Virus record (IMG/VR): IMGVR_UViG_3300020471_002176
Coordinates: 1 to 63,771 of that record
Reading direction: 5' to 3' (one strand)
Origin: a virus
Lineage: Duplodnaviria > Caudoviricetes
DNA length: 63,771 nt
A program made the translations under genes and the position numbers. The notes beneath the pieces are model-generated. The model ran no database searches. It was not told where the DNA came from and was given only the letters and a program-made list of their open reading frames with translations. Of the stretch, positions 51,179 through 58,636 are shown in pieces (position 1 is the first letter of the stretch; every line of letters starts with the position of its first letter).

Positions 51179-51383
51179 CTTAGTGACATTGTCGGCTTAT
51201 GGCAAGTCAGTTAAGAGAGCATCCTGGATCGGCGCCGATAATTTCGGATTGATTATAAAGGTCGTCCCCTGGGCCAGCGGTAATGATTGCGACTATATTG
51301 TGCGATGGCAGAAGCCTACCTTAAATCGCCGTTGGCATCACGAAAGATATAACCAAAGAAAGGATCTTAAGTACTTGAAATGA
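51165..51383 (+). CDS. KVGDLV-family small protein
   Basis: MKVGDLVTLSAYG with an exact junction repeat. Confidence 0.65.
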   Translation: MKVGDLVTLSAYGKSVKRASWIGADNFGLIIKVVPWASGNDCDYIVRWQKPTLNRRWHHERYNQRKDLKYLK

Positions 51384-51880
51384 TTTGGGAAAATATCGAC
51401 AATCTAGTTTCGTATTTGCAAACTAGTGGCAAGTGCAAAAACATTGTAATGACGAGCGGTGGTTTTGACCCCGTGCACGTCGGTCATGTCCGGTGTATAG
51501 TTGAGTCGGCAAGTATCAGTAACAAATTAGAGGATTCGACCTTTGTGGTGGTTGCAAATGCAGATGAGTTCCTTCTCAGTAAGAAGGGGTTTATTTTTAT
51601 GCCCGAAGCGGAAAGGATGGAGATTTTGCAGGCAATTAAAGGTGTTGATCATGTTGTTAAGTGGTACGACGGGACGCAAACTTGCATAGGTGCGATTGAG
51701 AGGCTGGAGCCAACCTTCTTTACAAAAGGGGGGGATCGAAGCTCTAGAGACAGGATACCCGAGGCAGATATTTGCGATGCCATCGGTTGCAAAATTTTAT
51801 ATGGCATTGGTGGCAAGGATAAGGTACAATCTTCATCTTGGCTAACAAGTGAACACAACAAACATGAAGGAGAAGTTTAA
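51380..51880 (+). CDS. Cytidylyltransferase-like (HIGH) nucleotidyltransferase
   Basis: SGGFDPVHVGH, KKG..FM...ER, KGGDR, KVQSSS. Confidence 0.88.
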   Translation: MIWENIDNLVSYLQTSGKCKNIVMTSGGFDPVHVGHVRCIVESASISNKLEDSTFVVVANADEFLLSKKGFIFMPEAERMEILQAIKGVDHVVKWYDGTQTCIGAIERLEPTFFTKGGDRSSRDRIPEADICDAIGCKILYGIGGKDKVQSSSWLTSEHNKHEGEV

Positions 51881-51967
51881 TGGGTACATTTTTCGCGGTA
51901 ATGTTCGGAGTCTTTTTCGGCAATTTACTTCTGGCACTTTTTATCGAATCAGGAAACAGATAAATTT

Positions 51968-52252
51968 ATGAATAACACTAACGAATCGTTTAGAAATGTC
52001 AGGAAGCAGGCTTCAAAGATTTTGAAGGATATTTCAAACTCATACAACACTGGTCTTCTCGATGACCCCAACTTTGCTGCAAATTTCACAGCATTGCTGG
52101 CTTGTATTTGCGAGGGTAAAGTCACTGGCCGCATAGACGAAACTGGAGACGTTGTACTTTGGTCCTTAACGCCTGAGTACGAAGCTCAGCTTCTGGAACA
52201 GAGAAGATCTATTGCAGAGTCCCTAAATAACACCATCAAGGGTCCGTGGTGA
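51968..52252 (+). CDS. Hypothetical protein
   Basis: 94 aa ORF. Confidence 0.45.
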   Translation: MNNTNESFRNVRKQASKILKDISNSYNTGLLDDPNFAANFTALLACICEGKVTGRIDETGDVVLWSLTPEYEAQLLEQRRSIAESLNNTIKGPW

Positions 52253-52419
52253 AAAAGGGGGACATTGTTACTTATCTCAATCAGAGGGGACTGTTTGGTT
52301 TAGTGGTCGAAATCCTGGAGACAAGTAATTACGCCCCAACAATGGTAAGAGTGGCCTGGCTCCATAAGGAGCCGTCCGTGGAGCTAGTACCTCACTTGAG
52401 AATGTTGTCAAGCCAATGA
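52249..52419 (+). CDS. KVGDLV-family small protein
   Basis: VKKGDIVTY...FGLVV...VRVAW; coupled on both sides; not in the ORF track. Confidence 0.55.
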   Translation: MKKGDIVTYLNQRGLFGLVVEILETSNYAPTMVRVAWLHKEPSVELVPHLRMLSSQ

Positions 52420-52649
52420 AGTTAAACCCTGGAGATTGCGTTTACTATGGGGAGCATAGAGCCTTAGGTTTTTTGATTCGGCGTTTCACACCGAAAGACG
52501 ACCACAGAGTTCATTGGGAGTACGCTCTCAGGAGCCCACAGAGAGATGATTGGAGTAATATAATAGTGAGTATTCAGACTTCACCTGAAGCCTACTTTAT
52601 TCAGGGTTTTGAGGATAAGAGGCTGAATCTTTACAGGGCCCGACTATGA
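52416..52649 (+). CDS. KVGDLV-family-like protein
   Basis: LNPGDCVYY...LGFLI. Confidence 0.45.
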   Translation: MKLNPGDCVYYGEHRALGFLIRRFTPKDDHRVHWEYALRSPQRDDWSNIIVSIQTSPEAYFIQGFEDKRLNLYRARL

Positions 52650-52791
52650 TTTGGCACATATCCTATAGAATAGATAAAGGTGAAAAAAGACATATTTATG
52701 CTCTCAAGAAGATTTGCGAGCATAAGAAAAAACAGTTACTTGAAAAGTATGGCGAGAGGATAAAGTTCTCTCGCCTCGAAAAAGCATAGAC

Positions 52792-52864
52792 GGAGCACTG
52801 GCGCAATTGGTAGCGCATCGGACTTTTAATCCGCTGGTTCCGAGTTCGAGTCTCGGGTGCTCCA
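52792..52864 (+). tRNA. tRNA-Lys(UUU)
   Basis: Acceptor GGAGCAC/GTGCTCC, anticodon loop CTTTTAA, T arm CCGAG-TTCGAGT-CTCGG; no encoded CCA. Confidence 0.92.
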
Positions 52865-53034
52865 CAATACTTGGAGAAACAAAAAATGTATGAAGTGGTA
52901 CTACGCCATGGCGATGAGATGAAGACAGAAATTGTCAAGGCAATAGTTTTTGCAGAGGCAGCAACAAAGGCGTATTCCTTGAGAACATCGCTGGGCTTAG
53001 ACTGGAAGATTATGTCAGTCAGGAGAATTGATAA

Positions 53035-53247
53035 ATGAGTAGGGATCCAAAGGAGCTTTCAGCTTCAGCTCAACAACTAGCCCGATTGCTTCTTGATGTA
53101 GACAGAACAAAAAGGCAGAAAATTATTTGGTGTTTGGATACAGACTTTCGGGCAGCTGTTATCAAAGAGGTAGTAGCTCTAGAGAGCGAGGGGTACACTG
53201 CAAATACCCATGCGACTCCCCCTGGCAGGATTCCAAATTGTTCGTAA
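53035..53247 (+). CDS. Hypothetical protein
   Basis: SD AGGAG plus ATG. Confidence 0.45.
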   Translation: MSRDPKELSASAQQLARLLLDVDRTKRQKIIWCLDTDFRAAVIKEVVALESEGYTANTHATPPGRIPNCS

Positions 53248-53341
53248 GAGATGTCGTGCTCCGGTGCACCTGTTTTATGGCAGGGTGCGCCCTTGTCGGG
53301 GCCGTTTTTTTGATGCCATATTTTTTAAGGAGAAGTGAACA

Positions 53342-53593
53342 ATGACGACAATGAGAAATAGGCTCGTGGCGGAAGCCTGGTATGAAAACAAGGAGGCCAC
53401 AAACCACAGAGGCTCTTTGTGTACTGACGGGCAGCAACTATGGTCGTATCGACTGCTGATCGGAGATACGTGCTCGACTACGGGAAAAAAGGTTCTTAGA
53501 GACTACACCGCAAAGGGTACACACGGTTTCCAGTCTCAGACCACCTCGTGCCATGTTGGTCTTGCAGCACAATTTGCAGATATTATTGATTAG
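53342..53593 (+). CDS. Hypothetical protein
   Basis: SD AAGGAG; LWSY..IG...SQTTSCHV. Confidence 0.5.
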   Translation: MTTMRNRLVAEAWYENKEATNHRGSLCTDGQQLWSYRLLIGDTCSTTGKKVLRDYTAKGTHGFQSQTTSCHVGLAAQFADIID

Positions 53594-53698
53594 TCACTTG
53601 ACAGTCAAATTTATGTGATTATATTTTTATTAGCTGGCAAACTGCCGCAAGGGGAATGCCAGCTATTTTGTAACTTGCTAAAATAGGAGGAAATTAAA

Positions 53699-54136
53699 AT
53701 GAATGCAATTACAGTCAGACGACACCCTGGCCTTTTGGGTCACAAATATATAACTGAGGCACTTGATAACCTGTTTGGTGATCAACACTTCATGGACGGA
53801 GCAATTAAACACTCCACGAAAGGATACCCCGTAGCCGATATTTACCGCGACGACGATGGTAGTACAATTATTGAATTCGCCCTGGCTGGATTTAAGAGAA
53901 AGGAGCTAACCATTGATGTCAAACCTGATAAACGCGCCATCACCGTTACTGGAACGGCGAACGAGTCAAATGAAAAGAGGCATAGGATAGCAAGACGAAA
54001 TTTTACTCGCACTTATGTAAATTATGACGACAACCTGGATCTATCATCCACAAAGGCCACGTTTGAAAATGGCCTCTTGACAGTGAGAGTACCTCAGCGC
54101 CCTGAGGTAAAGCCTCTAACTATTGAAATTAATTGA
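53699..54136 (+). CDS. Small heat-shock protein (Hsp20)
   Basis: YPVADI, IEFALAGF, IARRNFTR, ATFENGLLTV. Confidence 0.9.
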   Translation: MNAITVRRHPGLLGHKYITEALDNLFGDQHFMDGAIKHSTKGYPVADIYRDDDGSTIIEFALAGFKRKELTIDVKPDKRAITVTGTANESNEKRHRIARRNFTRTYVNYDDNLDLSSTKATFENGLLTVRVPQRPEVKPLTIEIN

Positions 54137-54208
54137 TTTTTTTCTTGACGAAAAGAGAGAAAAATGGTAGTGTATAAATATAACAATAACAAAAGAAAGG
54201 ACATTAGT

Positions 54209-54469
54209 ATGTCACCAGAACAAGCACAGGAATTATTAGAGCGACTTAATATCCTCGAAGCGGAGAATGCAAATCTCAAGGAAGCGCAAAAAAGAAACGG
54301 ACTTCAGATGAAAGTCTCACAGAAGGGAGCAGTGAGCGTTTACGGCATGGGGCGTTTCCCTGTGACTTTGTACGCAGATCAATGGAAGCGCATTGACGCG
54401 GAGTTGATTCAGTCAGGTGAGCTCGATAACTTCATCGAAGATAATAAATCCTCTCTCACGTTTAAGTGA
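54209..54469 (+). CDS. Conserved small protein (coiled coil plus KVSQKGAVSVYGMGRFPVTLY)
   Basis: SD GAAAGGA; TTGACG-N17-TAGTGT promoter at 54145. Confidence 0.6.
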   Translation: MSPEQAQELLERLNILEAENANLKEAQKRNGLQMKVSQKGAVSVYGMGRFPVTLYADQWKRIDAELIQSGELDNFIEDNKSSLTFK

Positions 54470-54561
54470 TTTTTTGTTGGTGAGCGGGGCAAGTGCCAGG
54501 GGGAACAACAAAAGCGGCCTCGTGCCCGACCCCCGCTCACCACTTTAACTAGGAAATCTTT

Positions 54562-54738
54562 ATGAGGCTCGGCAGTCTAGTTCATTTTTGTTCCTCCTTC
54601 AAAAAGTGGAGCGAGGAATACTCTCCTCGAAACCCTGGAATAGTATTAGAGGTCAGAAACAAAGCTGCTCGTGTGCTGTGGCGCACTGGAGAGACTAGCT
54701 GTGAGCACTTATCCTTTTTAAGAACCCTGAGCGAATAG
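54562..54738 (+). CDS. KVGDLV-family-like small protein
   Basis: MRLGSLVH...PGIVL...VLW..G; not in the ORF track. Confidence 0.5.
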   Translation: MRLGSLVHFCSSFKKWSEEYSPRNPGIVLEVRNKAARVLWRTGETSCEHLSFLRTLSE

Positions 54739-54768
54739 GGTTATTTTTGAATAAGAGTTGGAGGCGAA

Positions 54769-54996
54769 ATGAAAGTCGGAGACCTAGTGAAGCTATCCAG
54801 TTATGGCATCGCCCGCGGTTACAATGCGCGCTTAACCACAGAAGATGCGACGCAATTAGGTTTAATTGTCAAGGTGAGAATAAACGGATCTTATCCTTAT
54901 AAAGTTCGATGGTCAAAACTTAAACCTAGCTCCATGGACGTTGGCCATATGCGTAGAGAATTGAAATACGCATATAAGAACGGGCAAATGAGATGA
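54769..54996 (+). CDS. KVGDLV cassette gene A1
   Basis: MKVGDLVKLSSYG; GGAGG SD. Confidence 0.7.
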   Translation: MKVGDLVKLSSYGIARGYNARLTTEDATQLGLIVKVRINGSYPYKVRWSKLKPSSMDVGHMRRELKYAYKNGQMR

Positions 54997-55199
54997 AAGT
55001 CGGTGATTTGGTTCGTTGGACAATGGTTGAACACTGTTATCATATTGCTTGTGGCGTACCTGGATTAGACTTGACAGACGCAAGAAAACGTGGTATTATA
55101 GTAGATAACAATGGCATTAACTTTTTTGTTCGCTGGGAGAACGGCGATATCAAGGCGGCAAAACCAAACACAATCGAGGTAATCAGTGAAAGTCGGTGA
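54993..55199 (+). CDS. KVGDLV cassette gene A2
   Basis: MKVGDLVRW...EVISESR*. Confidence 0.7.
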   Translation: MKVGDLVRWTMVEHCYHIACGVPGLDLTDARKRGIIVDNNGINFFVRWENGDIKAAKPNTIEVISESR

Positions 55200-55374
55200 C
55201 TTGGTCAAGTATGAAAGTTGGCATACGGGATTGCAAGGTCTGGCAGGAGTTGTTATTGAATTTAGGCCACTACCATCCGGCGACCGCGCCCGCGTCCTAT
55301 GGTCTACTTCTCGACCAACACCTATTCGCTGGGACTGGGCTGAAGAATTAAGGATTGTCAATGAAAGTCGGTGA
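55186..55374 (+). CDS. KVGDLV cassette gene A3
   Basis: GTG start; ...RIVNESR*. Confidence 0.7.
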   Translation: MKVGDLVKYESWHTGLQGLAGVVIEFRPLPSGDRARVLWSTSRPTPIRWDWAEELRIVNESR

Positions 55375-55567
55375 TATAGTTACAGATGATTTCTACGAGG
55401 ACATCGGTCTCATTGTAGGCGGCCCAAGACTATCGGAAGATTGCGATTTTGTTCGATTCGGAACAATGATGGGCGATGTTTACGAAGTAGTAGATGTGCT
55501 GTGTCCAGATGGCACGTTAAGGTTGTTTACAACGGATGAATTAAGAGTTATCAGTGAAAGTCGGTGA
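55361..55567 (+). CDS. KVGDLV cassette gene A4
   Basis: MKVGDIVTD...RVISESR*. Confidence 0.7.
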   Translation: MKVGDIVTDDFYEDIGLIVGGPRLSEDCDFVRFGTMMGDVYEVVDVLCPDGTLRLFTTDELRVISESR

Positions 55568-55742
55568 TTTAGTGAAGAACGGCCAGGGGCATACGGGGAT
55601 TGTGACAGGCATAGGGTACGTAGGCGCACTCAAGGCTTACGAGGAATCACCCAGCTTGAACCCAGACATTCACGTCATGACTCCGAATGGTTTTCGTCTC
55701 TGGTCATACAAGACTTTAAGGGTGATCAGTGAAAGTCGGTGA
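55554..55742 (+). CDS. KVGDLV cassette gene A5
   Basis: GTG start; ...RVISESR*. Confidence 0.7.
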   Translation: MKVGDLVKNGQGHTGIVTGIGYVGALKAYEESPSLNPDIHVMTPNGFRLWSYKTLRVISESR

Positions 55743-55905
55743 TTTGGTGAGATATTTTAATGCAGCTTATCACTCCACTCAGGTTGGTATCATTGTTGCT
55801 ACTGAGCATGGGCTTCAATCAATAAAGGTCCGATGGACGGACCACACGCCATCATCACGAGACTGGTATACCCAGTTTGAATTGAGAAAAGTGAAGGAGA
55901 TTTAG
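55729..55905 (+). CDS. KVGDLV cassette gene A6
   Basis: KVGDLVRYF...VGIIV...KVRW...ELRKVKEI*; not in the ORF track. Confidence 0.65.
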   Translation: MKVGDLVRYFNAAYHSTQVGIIVATEHGLQSIKVRWTDHTPSSRDWYTQFELRKVKEI

Positions 55906-55907
55906 AG

Positions 55908-56108
55908 ATGCCACTTGAAGACGATATTTTTGACGATTTTATGATGAATCGAGCATGTCAAGCTGCAATGTTTGCTGATTTTGTGGCTCTTCTAAATATG
56001 AAAGCAGTAGAGAACGTAAAAAACTCAGAAAAGATGGAACTTTTGACAGAGATCCTCAATGATTTGAAGCTTTTTACTAATCCTGCCATAAATGAGCTGA
56101 GCCACTGA
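55908..56108 (+). CDS. Hypothetical protein
   Basis: SD AAGGAG. Confidence 0.45.
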   Translation: MPLEDDIFDDFMMNRACQAAMFADFVALLNMKAVENVKNSEKMELLTEILNDLKLFTNPAINELSH

Positions 56109-56342
56109 ATGATACGTTCTAGATCCGAGCGACCCAAAAAGACAAAGATCGAGCTTGATCTCACAGGCCCACAAGGCAATGCCTATTACTTATTGGGCGT
56201 AACCAAGCGCCTTGGTGAGCGCCTTGGTTATTCGAAAAAGAGAATTGAAGCGATTCAACATGTGATGTTGCTTACTAATTATGAAGGCCTGATTCACACG
56301 TTCGATAAAGAATTTGGTGATTATGTCATACTTTGGAGGTGA
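56109..56342 (+). CDS. Phage hypothetical protein
   Basis: IELDLTGPQGNAYYLLG...NYEGLI..FDKEFG. Confidence 0.6.
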   Translation: MIRSRSERPKKTKIELDLTGPQGNAYYLLGVTKRLGERLGYSKKRIEAIQHVMLLTNYEGLIHTFDKEFGDYVILWR

Positions 56343-56410
56343 AATATGAGTTTCTGGGAGGCCCTCTTAAGAGGGTTAAAATTCTTCGATAAAAAAGAAA
56401 AGAAAAAAGC

Positions 56411-56439
56411 TTGACTCAGGCCCCTGATTTTGGTAAAAT
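56411..56439 (+). promoter_or_regulatory. sigma70-type promoter driving the second cassette block
   Basis: TTGACT-N17-TAAAAT with a TG extension. Confidence 0.75.
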
Positions 56440-56471
56440 AGTATTACGACAATCAAGAAAGGCTTATTTCA

Positions 56472-56675
56472 ATGTCCCACGCAATTTGTATCAAGTGCCA
56501 GTGTAGTTTTAATCCTCGTCGCCTAGAACTCGGTTATCGAACCTGCTTATCTTGTGGTGGTGCAGCCGCTGAGAAAGAAAGATCACGCAAAGCAAAGTGT
56601 TCTGCGCCTGCCTATAACAAGGGCGCATACCAATACGTCGGCACCGTTCAGGCCGCCAAAGGAGTCGGTCGTTGA
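56472..56675 (+). CDS. Small Zn-finger protein
   Basis: CIKC...RRLELGY.TCLSCG...YNKGAYQY. Confidence 0.6.
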   Translation: MSHAICIKCQCSFNPRRLELGYRTCLSCGGAAAEKERSRKAKCSAPAYNKGAYQYVGTVQAAKGVGR

Positions 56676-56875
56676 AGGTTGGCGATATTATCGAGGCTAG
56701 ACACGGCGAAATTGGTATGGTTATCTCAGTCGAGTATATGTACCCGACCCACCCTCAGTCGCCGGCTTCTCGTGTCAAGGTCGATTGGATCAGTGAGCCG
56801 CCTCAATGGTGTCCGCCCGGTCTAATGTTTTCGACGTTTGCGATCAAACGAGTGGTGAGTCGTGCATCGAGGTGA
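56672..56875 (+). CDS. KVGDLV cassette gene B1
   Basis: TTG start KVGDIIE; ends VVSRASR* with a 14-nt overlap. Confidence 0.65.
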   Translation: MKVGDIIEARHGEIGMVISVEYMYPTHPQSPASRVKVDWISEPPQWCPPGLMFSTFAIKRVVSRASR

Positions 56876-57026
56876 TTTAGTGAAGTATTACGGCTCCTGG
56901 AGCGATGTTGGCATTGTTCTCTTGGTTAATGACGAGGGAGGGACCGTCAAGGTACACCGCCTCCGAGAGAATGACACAAAGTGGTGGGTCACAAGCGGCT
57001 GTGAGGTCATCAGTGAAAGTCGGTGA
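56862..57026 (+). CDS. KVGDLV cassette gene B2
   Basis: HRGDLVKYY...EVISESR*; not in the ORF track. Confidence 0.65.
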   Translation: MHRGDLVKYYGSWSDVGIVLLVNDEGGTVKVHRLRENDTKWWVTSGCEVISESR

Positions 57027-57186
57027 CTTAGTGAGGGTCGAAAACTCCTATGTTAATCGTATTGGGATAATCGTTGCCAAGGCGGAACAAAACAGGTGTT
57101 ATCTTGTCCAATTCTGTGACGACAACAGCCCGATTCGGTGCTCTTATCATGTGAATGTTATCAGGAGAATCAGTGAAAGTCGGTGA
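57013..57186 (+). CDS. KVGDLV cassette gene B3
   Basis: KVGDLVRV...RRISESR*. Confidence 0.7.
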   Translation: MKVGDLVRVENSYVNRIGIIVAKAEQNRCYLVQFCDDNSPIRCSYHVNVIRRISESR

Positions 57187-57373
57187 CTTAGTGACAATGG
57201 TCCCATTCAACGCTCCTCCGCAGTTGTATGGCGTGGGTGTAATCGTGGAAAAGCTACAGCTATGTCCTTCAAATCCAAATGCTGTAAGAGTGAAGGTAAG
57301 TTGGTCAGGCGGCCTCAATACTCCGCCGCGCATCGGGAATTGCCACCCTAGAGTTCTGGTCCCACTATCATGA
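57173..57373 (+). CDS. KVGDLV cassette gene B4
   Basis: KVGDLVTM...VGVIV...VKVSW. Confidence 0.7.
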   Translation: MKVGDLVTMVPFNAPPQLYGVGVIVEKLQLCPSNPNAVRVKVSWSGGLNTPPRIGNCHPRVLVPLS

Positions 57374-57546
57374 AGATCGGTGATCTAGTGCAACACGTTG
57401 ATATGCCGAAAGCGCATCGCATCTTGGGTATTGTGGTTGAAACATATGTCGATCTCGATACATGCGATGTTATTTGGCTCGATAGAGGTAGTGAGGTTTT
57501 TCATCATTACACTTTTTCTTTGGAGCTAATCAGTGAAAGTCGGTGA
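57370..57546 (+). CDS. KVGDLV cassette gene B5
   Basis: MKIGDLVQH...ELISESR*; not in the ORF track. Confidence 0.65.
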   Translation: MKIGDLVQHVDMPKAHRILGIVVETYVDLDTCDVIWLDRGSEVFHHYTFSLELISESR

Positions 57547-57715
57547 TTTGGTAAAATTGATGCCCCATTGCCGCGACAGTGATCGACTAGCGATGGTGGT
57601 AGAGATGCCAGGCCCATTGTTTGGGCTTAATTGTGTGAAAATAATGTTTCTTGACAACGGTAAAAGAACACCGGCCACTAAGAATAATCTGGAGATCATC
57701 AGTGAAAGTCGGTGA
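57533..57715 (+). CDS. KVGDLV cassette gene B6
   Basis: KVGDLVKL...EIISESR*. Confidence 0.7.
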   Translation: MKVGDLVKLMPHCRDSDRLAMVVEMPGPLFGLNCVKIMFLDNGKRTPATKNNLEIISESR

Positions 57716-57902
57716 TTTGGTATACTATTGTGATGACCTTAACGATGACACCAGACCAGGTCTTGTTTTAGAGATTATAAGTTGGGTCGATAAAGGCGCA
57801 CCTGATAGAAACTTCGGCCTTGATATCAAAGTACTCTGGCCAGACGGCAGTCGAATGCTTTGTGGCGAACATGAATTGAGAACTGTTGATGAAAGTCGGT
57901 GA
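57702..57902 (+). CDS. KVGDLV cassette gene B7
   Basis: KVGDLVYY...RTVDESR*. Confidence 0.7.
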   Translation: MKVGDLVYYCDDLNDDTRPGLVLEIISWVDKGAPDRNFGLDIKVLWPDGSRMLCGEHELRTVDESR

Positions 57903-58047
57903 CTTGGTAAGACACAAACGTAGAAACTGGCACGCTCTTATCGTGACTGTTGACCAACCTCGAAGGCATATCAAGCTTTTGGATGAGGAGGGCAGTGTGT
58001 TTTGGGAAAGGATGAGCGACTACGAGGTGATCAGTGAAAGTCGGTGA
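57889..58047 (+). CDS. KVGDLV cassette gene B8
   Basis: MKVGDLVRH...EVISESR*; not in the ORF track. Confidence 0.65.
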   Translation: MKVGDLVRHKRRNWHALIVTVDQPRRHIKLLDEEGSVFWERMSDYEVISESR

Positions 58048-58201
58048 TCTGATTGTGGATAAAGAGTATCCCACCGAGCCAGGTATTATTATAGAAGAGA
58101 GTTCAGTTAACTTCTTTGTACTTGACCCCACCGGCAAAGTTGTGCCGCTTACGAAGGAGTATATTGAGGATGATTGCGAGGTGATCAGTGAAAGTCGGTG
58201 A
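58034..58201 (+). CDS. KVGDLV cassette gene B9
   Basis: KVGDLIVD...EVISESR*; not in the ORF track. Confidence 0.65.
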   Translation: MKVGDLIVDKEYPTEPGIIIEESSVNFFVLDPTGKVVPLTKEYIEDDCEVISESR

Positions 58202-58352
58202 TTTGGTTAGACTAAAAAGATACCCAACAAGTATGTCAGCGGTGGTTATCAGTATACTGAACGGCAATGGATACCTAGATATGCGGAGAGCTGACGGAGT
58301 GGTATGTTTCGCACATGAAAGTTCCTTGGAGGTAATCAGTGAAAGTCGGTGA
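58188..58352 (+). CDS. KVGDLV cassette gene B10
   Basis: KVGDLVRL...EVISESR*; not in the ORF track. Confidence 0.65.
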   Translation: MKVGDLVRLKRYPTSMSAVVISILNGNGYLDMRRADGVVCFAHESSLEVISESR

Positions 58353-58530
58353 TTTGGTTAGGTACACACCAGAGGGAACAATCGACGATCGCTGGGCTGA
58401 TTGGTATGGTCTGGTGGTTAGGATGATTCCAGGCACGTCCGAAATGACTGTGGTTAGGTGGAACAAGGACAACAATAACACATTATCAATCAGAAAAAAG
58501 GACTTAACTGTAGTCAATGAAAGTCGGTGA
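58339..58530 (+). CDS. KVGDLV cassette gene B11
   Basis: KVGDLVRY...TVVNESR*. Confidence 0.7.
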   Translation: MKVGDLVRYTPEGTIDDRWADWYGLVVRMIPGTSEMTVVRWNKDNNNTLSIRKKDLTVVNESR

Positions 58531-58636
58531 TTTGGTGAAAAATAATCTTGAAGCAGCCTTCGCCATCTCAGTGGCTATACTGATACCAATTTTTGCAATA
58601 CTGATTGGCCTTGCACTAGGGGCAGTGGTTGTATGA
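58517..58636 (+). CDS. Cassette gene B12: MKVGDLV fused to a TM helix
   Basis: MKVGDLVKNNLEAAFAISVAILIPIFAILIGLALGAVVV*. Confidence 0.55.
   Translation: MKVGDLVKNNLEAAFAISVAILIPIFAILIGLALGAVVV

Larger units (their letters stand above)
54993..58536 (+). repeat. Junction repeat RTGAAAGTCGGTGA (extended consensus GAGGTRATCAGTGAAAGTCGGTGAYTTRGT)
   Basis: Exact 14-mer starts at 54993, 55186, 55361, 55554, 55729, 57013, 57173, 57533, 57702, 57889, 58034, 58188, 58339, 58517, plus an outlying copy at 51165. Confidence 0.95.

Noticed and set aside
54478-54542. A fourth tRNA
   Set aside because: It ends in ACCA but lacks D, anticodon and TTC arms; kept only as a stem-loop.
56905-57715. Longer ORF-track starts at 56905, 57155 and 57651 (also 55355 and 51132)
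   Set aside because: They are in-frame read-back through the previous cassette; the true starts are the GTG/ATG in the junction repeat with its SD.
54993-58536. CRISPR array interpretation of the periodic repeat
   Set aside because: Spacers are about 130-180 nt intact ORFs, the repeat is short and not hairpin-forming, and there are no cas genes in the window.
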